Shown here: positions 38,710-50,424 of the stretch, piece after piece | How positions within the stretch are numbered: position 1 is the stretch's first letter | Layout: every line of letters starts with the position of its first letter | The notes under the pieces: generated by a model | Databases searched by the model: none | Told to the model about the DNA's origin: nothing | The model's input: the letters and a program-made list of their open reading frames with translations, nothing else | Translations under genes and position numbers: made by a program | Origin: Octopus sinensis | Taxonomy: Eukaryota | Assembly: GCF_006345805.1 (NCBI RefSeq) | Contig: NC_043000.1 | Span: 101,308,001-101,372,000 of the forward strand | DNA length: 64,000 nt | Direction: 5' to 3'

Positions 38710-38985
38710 TAACAATAATAATAATAATAATCACAATAATAATTATAGTAATGATTCATTCTACTATAAGCAGATGGCTTGAAATTTTGGGCGAGCAAGG
38801 AAAGTCCATTTCATCAACCCCTGTGTTTAACTGGTGCTTATTTTATCGAACCCCTTCACCGCCCAAAGGATGAAAGGCAAAGTCAGTCATGGCAGCATTT
38901 GAAATCAAAATGTGAAGCCAGGAGAAATGCCAGTGAGCATGTTGTCTGACATGCTAACAATTCCTGCCTGCTTTCCACCTTAATA
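38100..38985 (-). mobile_element. Three head-to-tail SINE family B copies separated by (AAT)n tails
   Basis: Copies at ~38122-38337, 38362-38552 and 38755-38985; the (AAT)n tract at 38563-38750 is about 190 bp. Confidence 0.9.
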
Positions 38986-39021
38986 ATAAATGGATAGATA
39001 AATAGATAAATATATAGGTGT

Positions 39022-39878
39022 AAGAGTGGCTGTGTGGTAAGGAGCTTGCTTCCCAACCACATGGTTCCGTGTTCAGTCCCACTGTGTGGCACCTTGGGCA
39101 AGTGTCTTCTACAATAACCATGAGATGACCAAAGCCTTGTGAGTGGATTTGGTAGATGGAAACTGAAAGAAGCCCATTGTATATATATATATATATACAT
39201 GTATGTATTTCTGTGTTTGTGTTTGTCTCTACCCACCACTATTGCTTGACAACTGATATTGGTTTGTTTACATCCATGTTACTTAGCAGTTCAGCTGATA
39301 AAATAAGTACTAGGCTTACAAAGAATAAGTTGAGGTCGATTTATTAGACTAAAGGTGGTGCTCCAGTATGGCTGCAGTCAAATAACTGAATCAAATAAAA
39401 AAAGTTGAAAAATAAAGAGTAAATAATTAAATAAATAAATAAGAGTGGCTGTGTGGTAAGTAGCTTGCTTACCAACCACATGGTTCCAGGTTCAGTCCCA
39501 CTGCATGGCACCTTGGGCAAGTGTCTTCTACTATAACCTCGGGCCGACCAAAGCCTTGTGAGTAGATTTGGTAGACGGAAACTGAAAGAAGCCTGTCGTA
39601 TATATATCATCATCATCATCATCGTCGTTTAACGTCCGTTATATATATATATATATATGTATGTGTGTATATGTTTGTGTGTCTGTGTTTGTCCCCCCAA
39701 CATTGCTTGATAACCGATGCTGGTGTGTTTACGTCCCCGTAACTTAGCGGTTCGGCAAAAGAGACCGATAGAATAAGTACTAGGCTTACAAAGAATAAGT
39801 CCTGGGGTCGATTTGCTCGACTAAAGGTGGTGCTCCAGCATGGCCACAGTCAAATGACTGAAACAAGTAAAAGAGTTA
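39022..39878 (+). mobile_element. Two tandem SINE family A copies
   Basis: Both begin 'taagagtggctgtgtggtaag' (~39020 and ~39440). Confidence 0.9.
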
Positions 39879-40149
39879 TATATTAGAAATGACACAAGAA
39901 CCCCTTTCTAAAAATAATCTGTCATATTTATCCATTAACTCGTGCGTAATGCCTTACTGTTTGTTGGGGACTGGTGCTGTAATCTTCTACATCTCTATAA
40001 GAACACTATAGAATTGTTATAGAATTCCAGTTGATGAAGCTGATAGCATGGTAATCACCATTATCGTAATCATCATCATCATCATCATCTGCAATAGCAG
40101 CAGCTGTACCATTTTAATATTCACAGTGTTGCATATCATAATTCTTCAC

Positions 40150-40370
40150 AATCGACTGCATGTCATCTTGTTTGTGAGACCCAACATCTCCAGAATCTCA
40201 TCTCACCGCCCTCTTTCCCATGACTTCTTTGCTCTTCCTGCCAGTGACCCAACGCTGTTATTGATACCTTCCACTTTTAGCTCATATCGCTTATCCTCCA
40301 GCAGATACTGTCCACACTTAATTTGTCCATAACCAGCACACCTGTTTTCTTTCACACATAAGCTAATAGC
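40150..40370 (-). mobile_element. Old RTE ORF C-terminal relic
   Basis: Minus strand gives KRYELKVEG...GRAKKSWE...LGL, resembling RTE KC..L.VEG..GRPRKTW. Confidence 0.55.
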
Positions 40371-40617
40371 TTTATTGCTCATCCACTTTCATATTTCTCA
40401 TGCATTCCGCTTTCATGCAACTTAAAACTATACAGAAAAACAGTTTCCTGAGTGGGTATTTACTACATCTCAGTGTTGTGCTACATCTCAGTAGTTTACA
40501 TGGGTTAACAAAATTCTAGAAATAGCAGCCAAATTTGACTCACTCTACTATAAAAAAACAAAATGATAAGAATACATGCTGGATAATAGAGATAGGCATA
40601 GGTATGGATATAGGCAC

Positions 40618-41072
40618 AGACATGGCTGTGTGGCAAGAGGTTAGCTTCCCAACCACATGGTTCCAGGTTCAGTTCCACTGCAAGGCACCTTGGGAAAGTG
40701 ACTTTTGCTATAGATTTGGGCCAACCAAAGCCTTGTAAGTGGATTTGGTCAACAGAAACTGAAAAAAGCTTGTTGTGTATGTGTGTGTATGTGTGTATGT
40801 GTGTGTGTATAATATATATATATATGTGTGTGTGTGTGCGTATGTGTGTGTGTATATGCTTTTGTGTTTGTCTCCCATCACTGACTGACAACTAGTGCCG
40901 GTGTGTTTATGTGCCTGTAACTTAGCAGTTGGACGAAAGAGATCGATACAATAAGTGTCAGGCTTTGAGAAAATAAGTACTGGGGTCTATGCATTTGACT
41001 AAAAATTCTTCAAGGCAATGTTCCAGCTTGGCCACAGTCTAATGATTGAAATAAGTGAAAGATAAAAGATAA
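40618..41072 (+). mobile_element. SINE family A
   Basis: Family A head, body and tail motifs. Confidence 0.85.
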
Positions 41073-41274
41073 AATGATGTACTGTGCCTGAGAAAAAAAT
41101 CAGGTCATGGCAAGAGCATCTTTGGTTATATAGATCTGCTCAATAAAACTAGCCCATGGTTAAACAACAGTGCCACTACCAACAACAACTACAACAACTA
41201 AAGCTCATAATATCATTGATTTTGTAGTTGCTATGTAGCCTGGCATGGAGATGCTGAGTGAGACTTTTCTTAAT

Positions 41275-41590
41275 ATCATCATCATCATCATCATCGTTTA
41301 ACGTCCGCTTTCCACACTAGGTTGGACGGTTCAACTGGGGTCTGGGAAGCCAGAAGGCTGCGCCAGGCCCAGTCTGATCTGGCAGTGTTTCTACAGCTGG
41401 ATGCTCTTCCTAACGCCAACCACTCCGTGAGTGTAGTGGGTGCTTTTTACGTGCCACCGGCACAGGTGCCAGGCTGGCAAACGGCCACGATCGGAAGGTG
41501 CTTTTTATGTGCCACTGGCACGGGGCCAGACGAGGCTGGTAACGGCCACAATCGGATGGTGCATTTTACGTGCCACCGGCACGGAGGCCA
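41275..41590 (-). mobile_element. RTE 3'-tail fragment, young
   Basis: High identity to the reverse complement of 27120-27385. Confidence 0.9.
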
Positions 41591-42375
41591 TATATATTTC
41601 ATAAATGTGTGAGACTTAGCTTTTGATGTTCCTTTGCTTTGCAGTCATGAAGTTTTGGAATCAGTTCACCTGCGTGGCATCTCAAGGAAATGCCTACTAT
41701 TTTAGCCTCTGGTCAACCAAAGCCTTGGGAGTGCAGTTGGTAGATAGAAATTGAAAGAAGCACATCATGTGTGCTTGTGAGTGTGTCTCTGTGTGTATAT
41801 GTGTGGGTGTGAGCGTGTCTTTGTGTGTATATGTGTGTGTGTGAGTGTATGGTGGGCTTATATATGGGAGTTTGTATGTTAGTGTCTTCTTTTCTTTGGT
41901 ATCATGCATTAGTTGTAAATGAGTGTTACTATCATAAAAGTAGTGTCAACTATTTCCAGTCTTCAGTGAAAACCTGTCTGGTCTGGGGGAAATATTACCT
42001 TGCTTGGGAACAGATGAGGGTTGGTGACAGGAAGGGCATCTGGTTATAGAAAATTTACCTCAATAAATTCCCATGCAAACATGTAAAGTGGATGTTAAAA
42101 TGATAGTGATGATGTGTGTGTATATATGTGGCTTCATGCTAAGAAGATTGCTTCTCAACCACATGGTTCTGGGATGAATTCCACTGTATGACCCTTCAGG
42201 CAAATTTCTTCTATTATAGTCTTGGGCCGACCAAAGTCTTGTGAGTGGATTTAGTAGATGGAAATTGAAAGAAGCCTGTCATATATATATAGACTATGAA
42301 TGTTCTAATATCTACACAGCCTTAGTTTTTTTTATCTTATTACGCAAAAAAATTCTTATATATATATATATATAT

Positions 42376-42421
<46 letters not shown>

Positions 42422-43435
42422 TGGAAGGTTTGGAGATGATGTACAGGTATTATATATTAGAAGAAATGAGGTAATCAGAAGATCGGATGGTTCATATTTA
42501 CAGATATTTATTTATATATTACATTTTTTACATATATATATCATATCATTCAGATCATATCATTCAGATCATTAGCGCTTTCTCCCATTCTAGTGGGGTT
42601 TTCAAAATAATTCCTTTGTGGGGAATTTTAATCATTTTATAGAATTTTGTAGTGGTGGGAGGAACAAGATAGCACAAGAGGGTGAAGTGGATGAAGAGGA
42701 AGTGAAAGAGAGAACATGTGTGTGCATTTGTATCTGAGGCTAAAGAGAAAGAGGGGAAGGGAGAGGGAAGAAGAAGAAAGATTTCCTTTGGCCTGCTGGA
42801 CCCCCAAGGGAGTTCTAAGAATTTTAGCTTTTGTCCATTTTAGTGTCACTGAGTGTGTGTTGGTGGGTAGGCATAAATTACACCTTTTATGATTTTGAGG
42901 ATGGTCAAATGCCATTTGGGGTCTAAGAACTCTTTGTATGATCGTTTTGTGGAGGTGTGTCCGTGTGTGTCTCTGTGTGTCCGTGTGTGTTTGTGTGTGT
43001 GTGTGTGTGTGTTTGGAGAAGGGGAGAGAGACAAAAAGAGAAAAGGGAAAATAAAAATAAAAATAAGGGAGGAAGGGGAGAAGAAAAAAATTTTTTTTTT
43101 GTGTTGATATTTATACCACTACATATATATACACAGACTTATACATGAAATATTTGAAAAAAAAAACTTTTATCGGTTCAAAATGAACAACCAAATTACA
43201 CCATCTTGAAAATTGTATATCATAGGAAAGGAAAGTTAAAATTAAAGTGACAATTAAAAAGTAAAGATGGAAGTAAATTATAAAAATAATAATATAATGT
43301 ATATAACAGGCAATATATATATATACATACACACATATATATATACACTCATAAAATAAGGATAAAAATCATGTTAATGGTAATAATCAGGTAGTCAGCA
43401 TGGAAATAAGCAATTTATATTTTAAATGGATAATT

Positions 43436-43483
<48 letters not shown>

Positions 43484-43533
43484 TATATATAATTATATTA
43501 AGGGAGAAAATCGAAACAAGACTTATCTCCTCC

Positions 43534-43787
43534 AGAAGCACCAGCTTTGCTAAAAATAGGAGTCTTAAAAAACTCTGAAGCCACAGGAATTATCACTAGA
43601 TTTTTACAGGCATGATCGAAAAAAAAATAGCTAAGTGAATACGAATTGTATCTTATCTCTGCAAAAAGAACAGCAGTTAATCTGGTATCATGATTTCGAA
43701 TTTAGTGCCAAAAAAGCACTTGATTCTCTTCAGCCAGTTTTACTCATAACAATACTGACTGCTACTTCTAGCAAAGCTGGTGCTTCT
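43534..43787. repeat. 254-bp unit bounded by 31-bp imperfect inverted repeats
   Basis: agaagcaccagctttgctaaaaataggagtc (43534-43564) versus gactgctacttctagcaaagctggtgcttct (43757-43787); 19 bp are perfectly complementary. Confidence 0.85.
43682..43737 (-). ncRNA. Minimal type I hammerhead ribozyme, best-formed copy
   Basis: Minus strand reads CTGG-CTGAAGA-GAAT ca AGTGC ttttttg GCACT aa ATTC-GAAA-TCATGA-TA-CCAG. Stem I is 4 bp, stem II 4+5 bp with a G10.1-C11.1 pair, stem III the palindrome ATCATGAT, triplet AUA. Confidence 0.8.
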
Positions 43788-43799
43788 TTGTACCCTAAT

Positions 43800-44670
43800 C
43801 TCATCATCATCATCATCATCATCGTTTAATGTCTACTTTCCATGCTGGTATGGGTTGGACGATTTGACTGATGATTGGTGAACCAGATGGCTCCAATCTG
43901 ATCTGGCAGAGTTTCTACAGCTGGATGCCCTTCCTAACACCAACCACTCCAAGAGTGTAGTGGGGTCTTTTACATGCCACCGGCACAAGGGTCAGTCAGG
44001 CGGTACTGGCAACAGCCATGCTCAAATGGTGCTCTTTACGTGCCACCTGCACAGGAGCCAGTCCAGTGGCACTGGCAATGACCTTGCTTGAATATTTTTT
44101 CATGTGCCAGTAAAGCAACGCTGGTAACAGTCACTCTCAAATGGTGCTTTTTATGTGCTACCGGCAATGAAGCCATTCAGCTGCTCTGACAACGATCACG
44201 CTTGGATGGTGCTCTTAGCGCTCCACTAGCATGGATGCCAGTCATGTGGTGCTGTCATCAAATTTGATTTTGATTTTGATTTCGATTTCACTTGCCTAAA
44301 CAGGTCTTTGCAAGCAGAGTTTAGTGTCCAATGAAGGAAAGGGATGCATAAGTGAGCTGGTTACACCCCTGGCATAGGTCATGGGTTATGGTCTCACTTG
44401 GCTTGCTGGCTCTTCTCAAGCATACCATATTTTCAAAGGTCTCGGTCACTAGTCATTGCCTTGTGAGGCCTAATGTTTGAAGGTTGTGCTTCAGCACCTC
44501 ACCCCAGGTCTTCCTGGGTCTACCTCTTCTACAGGTTCCCTCAAACACTGGGGTGTGGCACTTTTTCACACAGCTATCAACATCCATTCTCACCACATGA
44601 CCATACCAGTGTAGTCGTCTCTCTTGCACACCACATCTGATGCTTCTTAGGTCCAACTTTTCTCTCAAGT
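43800..44670 (-). mobile_element. RTE 3' fragment (ORF C-terminus, UTR and tail)
   Basis: Minus ORF REKLDLRSIRCGVQERRLHWYGHVVRMDVDSCVKKC...GRPRKTW; (CAT)n tail at 43800. Confidence 0.9.
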
Positions 44671-45104
44671 CATATGTGTGTATGTATGTATGTATATTTC
44701 TGTGTATGTGTCTATGTGCAATTATTTCTTTGTGATGGACAGCAGAAAAGCAATACCCACTGTCCTCTTAAATCTATGTAGTCCTCACACTCACTTTCTT
44801 CCCCGCCCTTGTGGTTTAAAAAGTTTCTTATGTGCATGTGTATGTGTGTGTGTTTCTCTGTGTGTGTACATGTATCTATGTATTTACGAAAGCACGTATG
44901 CAATGTCACATGTATGTGACAGTTGTATTAACATTATAATCCCATTGCCACTCCATATTTGTTGCTTAGACAACACTGTTCTCCCCTTACACTGTTCTCC
45001 TCTGTCACCATATTTCATTCACACTACTATTTTACCCATTTCTCATTTTATCATATAATTCATCTAATCCCCTGGGGTTTGGTGTACACATACATATTTA
45101 CTTA

Positions 45105-45245
45105 AATCCAATTTGCCTATTATGGAACTGGCTGTTATTTTTAACATATATGCAAAGTTTGGTGTAGATTAGTCCAATGTTTCAGGCAGTAAGATGGTAA
45201 CAAACAGATAGACAGAAACACAGGAATTGCCGATTATATATAAAG
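45105..45245 (+). mobile_element. Small interspersed repeat, possibly Helitron/DINE-like (copy 2; copy 3 at 49845-49995)
   Basis: 'aaatccaatttgcc.attat.gaact...tttaaca..tatgcaaagtttggt...gtaagatggtaaca...gacagaaa' is shared by all three copies. Confidence 0.5.
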
Positions 45246-45389
45246 TCTATACATTATTATGTTGTGTCTGGGGAGAGTCATTCTCTTTTAGTGTCTTATT
45301 ATCTAACACACTCACTGGTAAAGTTTCCACTCATTTACTTATTTATTTCTCATTGCGTCTTGCAACCTTTTCAATAGTCAACAATATGG

Positions 45390-45650
45390 CCTAACAGTTA
45401 AGGTGTTGCACTGACGATTGTGAAGTCATGGATTCAGTTCTTGGACTGGGAAGTGTGTAGTGTTCTTGAGGAAAGAAGTTTATCTCATATTCCTCCGTGA
45501 CCAATTCAACAACTGACATGTACACCGGGCACCTGTTCAAACATCATTGATTTAATGGAGGGAGTGAGCCAACGTACAGCACGTACATTTGATTACTATA
45601 AACAAATCGTATGTGCAGGAGGTACAGCAAGAAATTGCAGAGCCATACAT
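45390..45650 (+). mobile_element. SINE family C variant (also 47935-48182 and 50495-50750)
   Basis: 'gttgcactgac.at.gtga.gtcatgg...gtgttcttgag.aaag...ttat' with CORE-like segment, then '...cacctgttcaaa...gattactataaacaaa...aattgcag..cat'; three copies. Confidence 0.75.
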
Positions 45651-45720
45651 ATATATGTATTTATATGTATATACATACACACACACATACATATATATAT
45701 ATACATATATACACACATAT

Positions 45721-45769
<49 letters not shown>

Positions 45770-45893
45770 AACATATTTTATCTTTTTTTTATGACAAAAA
45801 TTCACAAATATATCTGTTAAGATGAGATGTCAGTGTTATTTTCATTTTTTCATAATCTAGATGACAAATTTATTCCCCATACCATCTGTTTGC

Positions 45894-45948
<55 letters not shown>

Positions 45949-45971
45949 TATACATGCACATATATATTATA

Positions 45972-46362
45972 GGCGCAGGTAAGTAGCTTGCTTACCAACC
46001 ACATGCTTCCAGGTTCAGTCCCACTGCATGGCACCTTGGGCAAGTGTCTTCTACTATAGCCTCAGACTGACCAAAGCCTTGTGAGTGGATTTGGTAGACG
46101 GAAACTGAAAGAAGTCCGTTGTATGTATGTATATGTATATATATGTGTGTGTTTGTGTCTGTGTTTGTCCCCCCCCTCCAACATCACTTGCCAACCAATA
46201 CTAGTGTGTTTATGTCCCTTTAACTTAGCAGTTTGGCAAAAGAGACCAATGGAATAAGTACTAGGCTTACAAAGAATAAGTCCTGGGGTCGATTTGCTCG
46301 ACTAAAGGCGGTGCTCCAGCATGGCCGCAGTCAAATGACTGAAACAAGTAAAAGAGTAAAGC
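45972..46362 (+). mobile_element. SINE family A
   Basis: Tail 'ggcggtgctccagcatggccgcagtcaaatgactgaaacaagtaaaagag' is intact (46307-46355). Confidence 0.9.
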
Positions 46363-46369
46363 GAGTTTA

Positions 46370-46374
46370 TATCA

Positions 46375-46407
<33 letters not shown>

Positions 46408-46449
46408 ATCTATCTATCTATCTATCTAATCTATCTATCTATCTATCTA

Positions 46450-46545
<96 letters not shown>
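46370..46545. repeat. (ATCT)n followed by (TA)n
   Basis: Visible directly in the sequence. Confidence 0.95.
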
Positions 46546-46781
46546 CCACAGGTTCCTTCACGTCTGTCTGTATTTATATATTTATATATGTATATATTTA
46601 TTTATTAATTTATTTACGTTACTTCAACATCCAAACTTCCTCATTCTACATTGAGAGAAGAACGAGATGGACGCTTCATTTTTATGCTGTTGCCACATTA
46701 CGTCGTACGCAAATGAGAGGATTTGCATCCCCAACCAAGAATTTTTGATGTAATCCATGTCCTTGAAGAAGTAGTTGTGCA

Positions 46782-46860
46782 CGGCTGAAGAAGGCCACAG
46801 ACGCACATTATGCATTGTTATAAATCCGTCTAATAAAGGCCTGAAACATATGTACCGCTG
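46782..46860 (+). ncRNA. Minimal type I hammerhead ribozyme with extended stem II
   Basis: CGG-CTGAAGA-AGGCC ac AGACG (loop) CGTCT aataaa GGCCT-GAAA-CATATG-TA-CCG. Stem II is 5+5 bp, stem III the palindrome ACATATGT, triplet GUA, stem I 3 bp (extendable across a bulge). Confidence 0.8.
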
Positions 46861-46888
46861 AATCCTTGGCATCATGTTTTTATTTTGA

Positions 46889-46932
<44 letters not shown>

Positions 46933-47327
46933 CATACATGCACATATATGTATGTGTGTGTGTATATATATATATCTATATATGTGTTAGATATATAGAC
47001 AGATAGAGAGATAAATAGATTGCTAGACAGATACATACAAATATAGATCAATATGATCATCATCATTGGATGTCCATCTTCCTTGCCGGCATAGAAGATG
47101 GATGTTTTGCCAGGAGCTGGCAAGCCAGACAGCTGCATCAGGGTCCACTGTCTGCGTTGGTATGGTTTGTGCAGCCAATGAATTTACAGTGTACTGGGTA
47201 CTTTATATATATATATCTTTAGGAAAGTATGTATGCAGCGTCAGGTGTATATGGCCTGTGTACTGAACTTAACATCCCATTATACATACATAGATATATC
47301 TATATAACTGTATCTACCTATCTAACG

Positions 47328-47373
<46 letters not shown>

Positions 47374-47441
47374 TTATCTATCTATCTATATATATACACA
47401 CACATACATATCTTTATACATACACATATATATATATAAAT

Positions 47442-47474
<33 letters not shown>

Positions 47475-47569
47475 CACACACATACATACATACATATATA
47501 TATCCACACATACATATATATACATACATATATAGAAGTATATATTTATTTACATATATATGTATGTTA

Positions 47570-47915
47570 AGTTAATTTAAGTTAAGTTAATTTTTTGGCT
47601 CAAAAAGCAAAAAGCAAAAAGCAAGGCCATGTAGGGGGACATGGAGTTATGTACATGGAGGGTGTTCATGCAAAGAGTTCAGGCCATTTCTGGCCAAGAG
47701 AGACTTTGAAACGAGCGGTCGTCGGCATCTTCACTATCTTGTCCGGCAGCTTATTCCACAGATCCGCAACCCGGACGGAGAAAGCCCCTCTCCTTCGATT
47801 GAGATGAAATCATCACAGATAGAGCTTTTCGGAGTGACCCCACAGCCAACGCTCTGGAGCAGGAGTGAAGAACAGCTCTTTCGAGAGGTTACACTTTCCG
47901 CTTATGATGTGAGCA
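47570..47915 (-). mobile_element. CR1-clade LINE 3' fragment (second family)
   Basis: Minus strand gives LFFTPAPERWLWGHSEKLYL**FHLNRRRGAFSVRVADLWNKLPDKIVKMPTTARFK, matching CR1 RGHS.KL...F..N.RK.FFS.RV...WN.LP; (AAC/TT)-type tail. Confidence 0.85.
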
Positions 47916-48180
47916 AGAATGAGATCACATGACCTAACATTTAAGGTGTTGCACTGACAATCATGACGTTATTGGTTCAGTTCTTGGACAGGGCGGCAGA
48001 TATAGTGTTTTTCAGGAACGCAGTTTATCACATGTTCCTCTGTGATTACTTGAACAACTGAAATTTTGTACACCGTACACCTGTTCAAACAATATTGATT
48101 TGTTATTGAGCTAATGTACATGTACAATTGATCACTATAAACAAATAGTGTGTGCAGGTTGTACAACAAAAAATTGCAGT

Positions 48181-48216
<36 letters not shown>

Positions 48217-48224
48217 ACACACAC

Positions 48225-48282
<58 letters not shown>

Positions 48283-48291
48283 GTATAAGAG

Positions 48292-48598
48292 CGGAGGGCA
48301 ATGGCCCAGTGGTTAGGGCAGTGGACTTGCAGTCGTAAGATCGCAGTTTCGATTCCTAGACTGGGTGTTGTGAGTGTTTATTGAGCGAAAACACCTAAAA
48401 GCTCCACGAGGCTCCAGCAAGGGGTGGTGATCCCTGCTGTACTCTTTCACCACTCTTTCTATTACTCTTTCTTCTGTTGGCCTGCCTGCTTAGCCAGGGG
48501 GGTGGCGTCCCTCGAAGGCTAAAACGATGCGAACACATTGTGACCAGCGATGTTTGGCAACATCTGATGGTCTGGTCGGTCATGGGATCACGTGATGT
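48292..48598 (+). mobile_element. SINE family D with an alternative 3' module
   Basis: Same head and 5' body as 21515, different sequence after ~48465, ending 'gatcacgtgat'. Confidence 0.75.
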
Positions 48599-48631
48599 AT
48601 AAGAGCATATATATATAAGAGCATATATACA

Positions 48632-48663
<32 letters not shown>

Positions 48664-48973
48664 TATTACTTTATATAATTACGAGTATAATTGTAATTAG
48701 GGTTCAGCAAAAAAAATTTGCTTTGCCACATACCAAACTTTTAGAAATAGCAGCCAAAGAACTTAGCTATTTCTTCTACTATAAGAAGGATCTCCCAGAC
48801 AATGTATACTCAAAAACAATTCATGTAGGCATAGAGAAAAAAATGACGAAAATTCACCCGGCATTTGATTACTTGTGGACGAGTTTCTTAGTTAAATAGA
48901 TATGGAGATGCAAGAATTACATCTCCATTTTATTATTCTGTTCATCAGACTATTTTGATAATAGTTTGTCTGA

Positions 48974-49044
<71 letters not shown>

Positions 49045-49155
49045 ATAATTGTGTAAAATATAAGTTAGAGGTAATGTAACCATCTAAGGGATAGATGTAT
49101 CCAAAAGCACTCCTGATATTGCCTCAGTATGTAGGTCCTTGTTATAAGGTATACA

Positions 49156-49420
49156 TCATCATCATCATCATCATCATTTAACGTCCGTTCTCCATGCTAG
49201 CATGGGTTGGACGGTTCGACCAGGGATCTGGGAAGCCAGAAGGCTGCACCAGGCTCCAGGTTTATCTGGCAATGTTTCTACAGCTGGATGCCCTTCCTAA
49301 CGCCAACCACTCCGTGAGTGTAGTGGGTGCTTTTTACGTGCCACCTGCACAGGTGCCAGGCGAGACTGGCAACGGCCATGGTTGGATTGGTGCATTTTAC
49401 GTGCCACCGGCACGGAAGCC
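49156..49420 (-). mobile_element. RTE 3'-tail fragment, young
   Basis: (CAT)n plus 'ttaacgtccgttctccatgctagcatgggttggacggttcg'. Confidence 0.9.
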
Positions 49421-50014
49421 AGTAGGAAATTTAAAAGGGAAAACCATTGTTTAATATATGTAAAAAAACGATAAGAAATAGAGCAATAATAACAGTTAGA
49501 AGTGGATCATTGGTGTTTTAAAGTCATTTAATAAAGATCAGAGTATGTTTATAGCTGTTTCAGTATATCAAGCTGGGACAAATTTACATCTAGCTTGGTG
49601 CAATTGATAGATGTCATCAGAATGATTAAATGGCAAAGATAAATGGCAAAGGAAGAATAGAAACAAGATGTAACGAAAGGAAAGGAAAGAAGTAAAGTGT
49701 TCATTAATTCAATAGTCTTACATATTTCTCTTACCTGGTATCAGTAACCTCTGTCACCATATTTTCTTCACACTACTACACATTTCACATTTTCTCATAT
49801 AATTCACCAAAACCCCTGGTGGGTCACGTGATAGATTTTTATTGAAATCCAATTTGCCCATTATTGAACTAGATGTTGTGTTTAACAGGTATGCAAAGTT
49901 TGGTAATAACTGTTTCTATGGCTTAGGTAGTAAGATGGTAACAGGCAGGCAGACAGACACACAGAAAGACAGAAATTACTATTTATATACAAAACGTCAT
50001 TTATATATATATAT

Positions 50015-50375
50015 ATATTCTCTTTTACTCTCTCTCTTTTACTTGTTTCAGTCATTTGACTGTGGCCATGCTGGAGCACCACCTTTTAGTCGGTTGACAA
50101 ACGATGTTGGAGGGACAAACACAGCCAGACAAACACACACACACACACATATATATGTATGTGTGTATATATATATAATATATATATATATATATTATAT
50201 ATATATACATACATATATACGACGGGCTTCTTTTCAGTTTCTGCCTACCAAATCCACTCACAAGGCTTTGGTTGGCCCAAGGCTATAGTAGAAGACACTT
50301 GCCCAAGGTGCCATGCAGTGGGACTGAACCCAGAACCATGTGGTTGGTAAGCAAGCTACTTACCACACAGTCACT
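50015..50375 (-). mobile_element. SINE family A
   Basis: Family A tail, body and head in reverse orientation. Confidence 0.9.
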
Positions 50376-50378
50376 ATA

Positions 50379-50424
<46 letters not shown>

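Noticed and set aside
38488-38873. Poly-N, poly-I, poly-L and poly-Y ORFs (also 35516-35710)
   Set aside because: Translations of the (AAT)n SINE tails.
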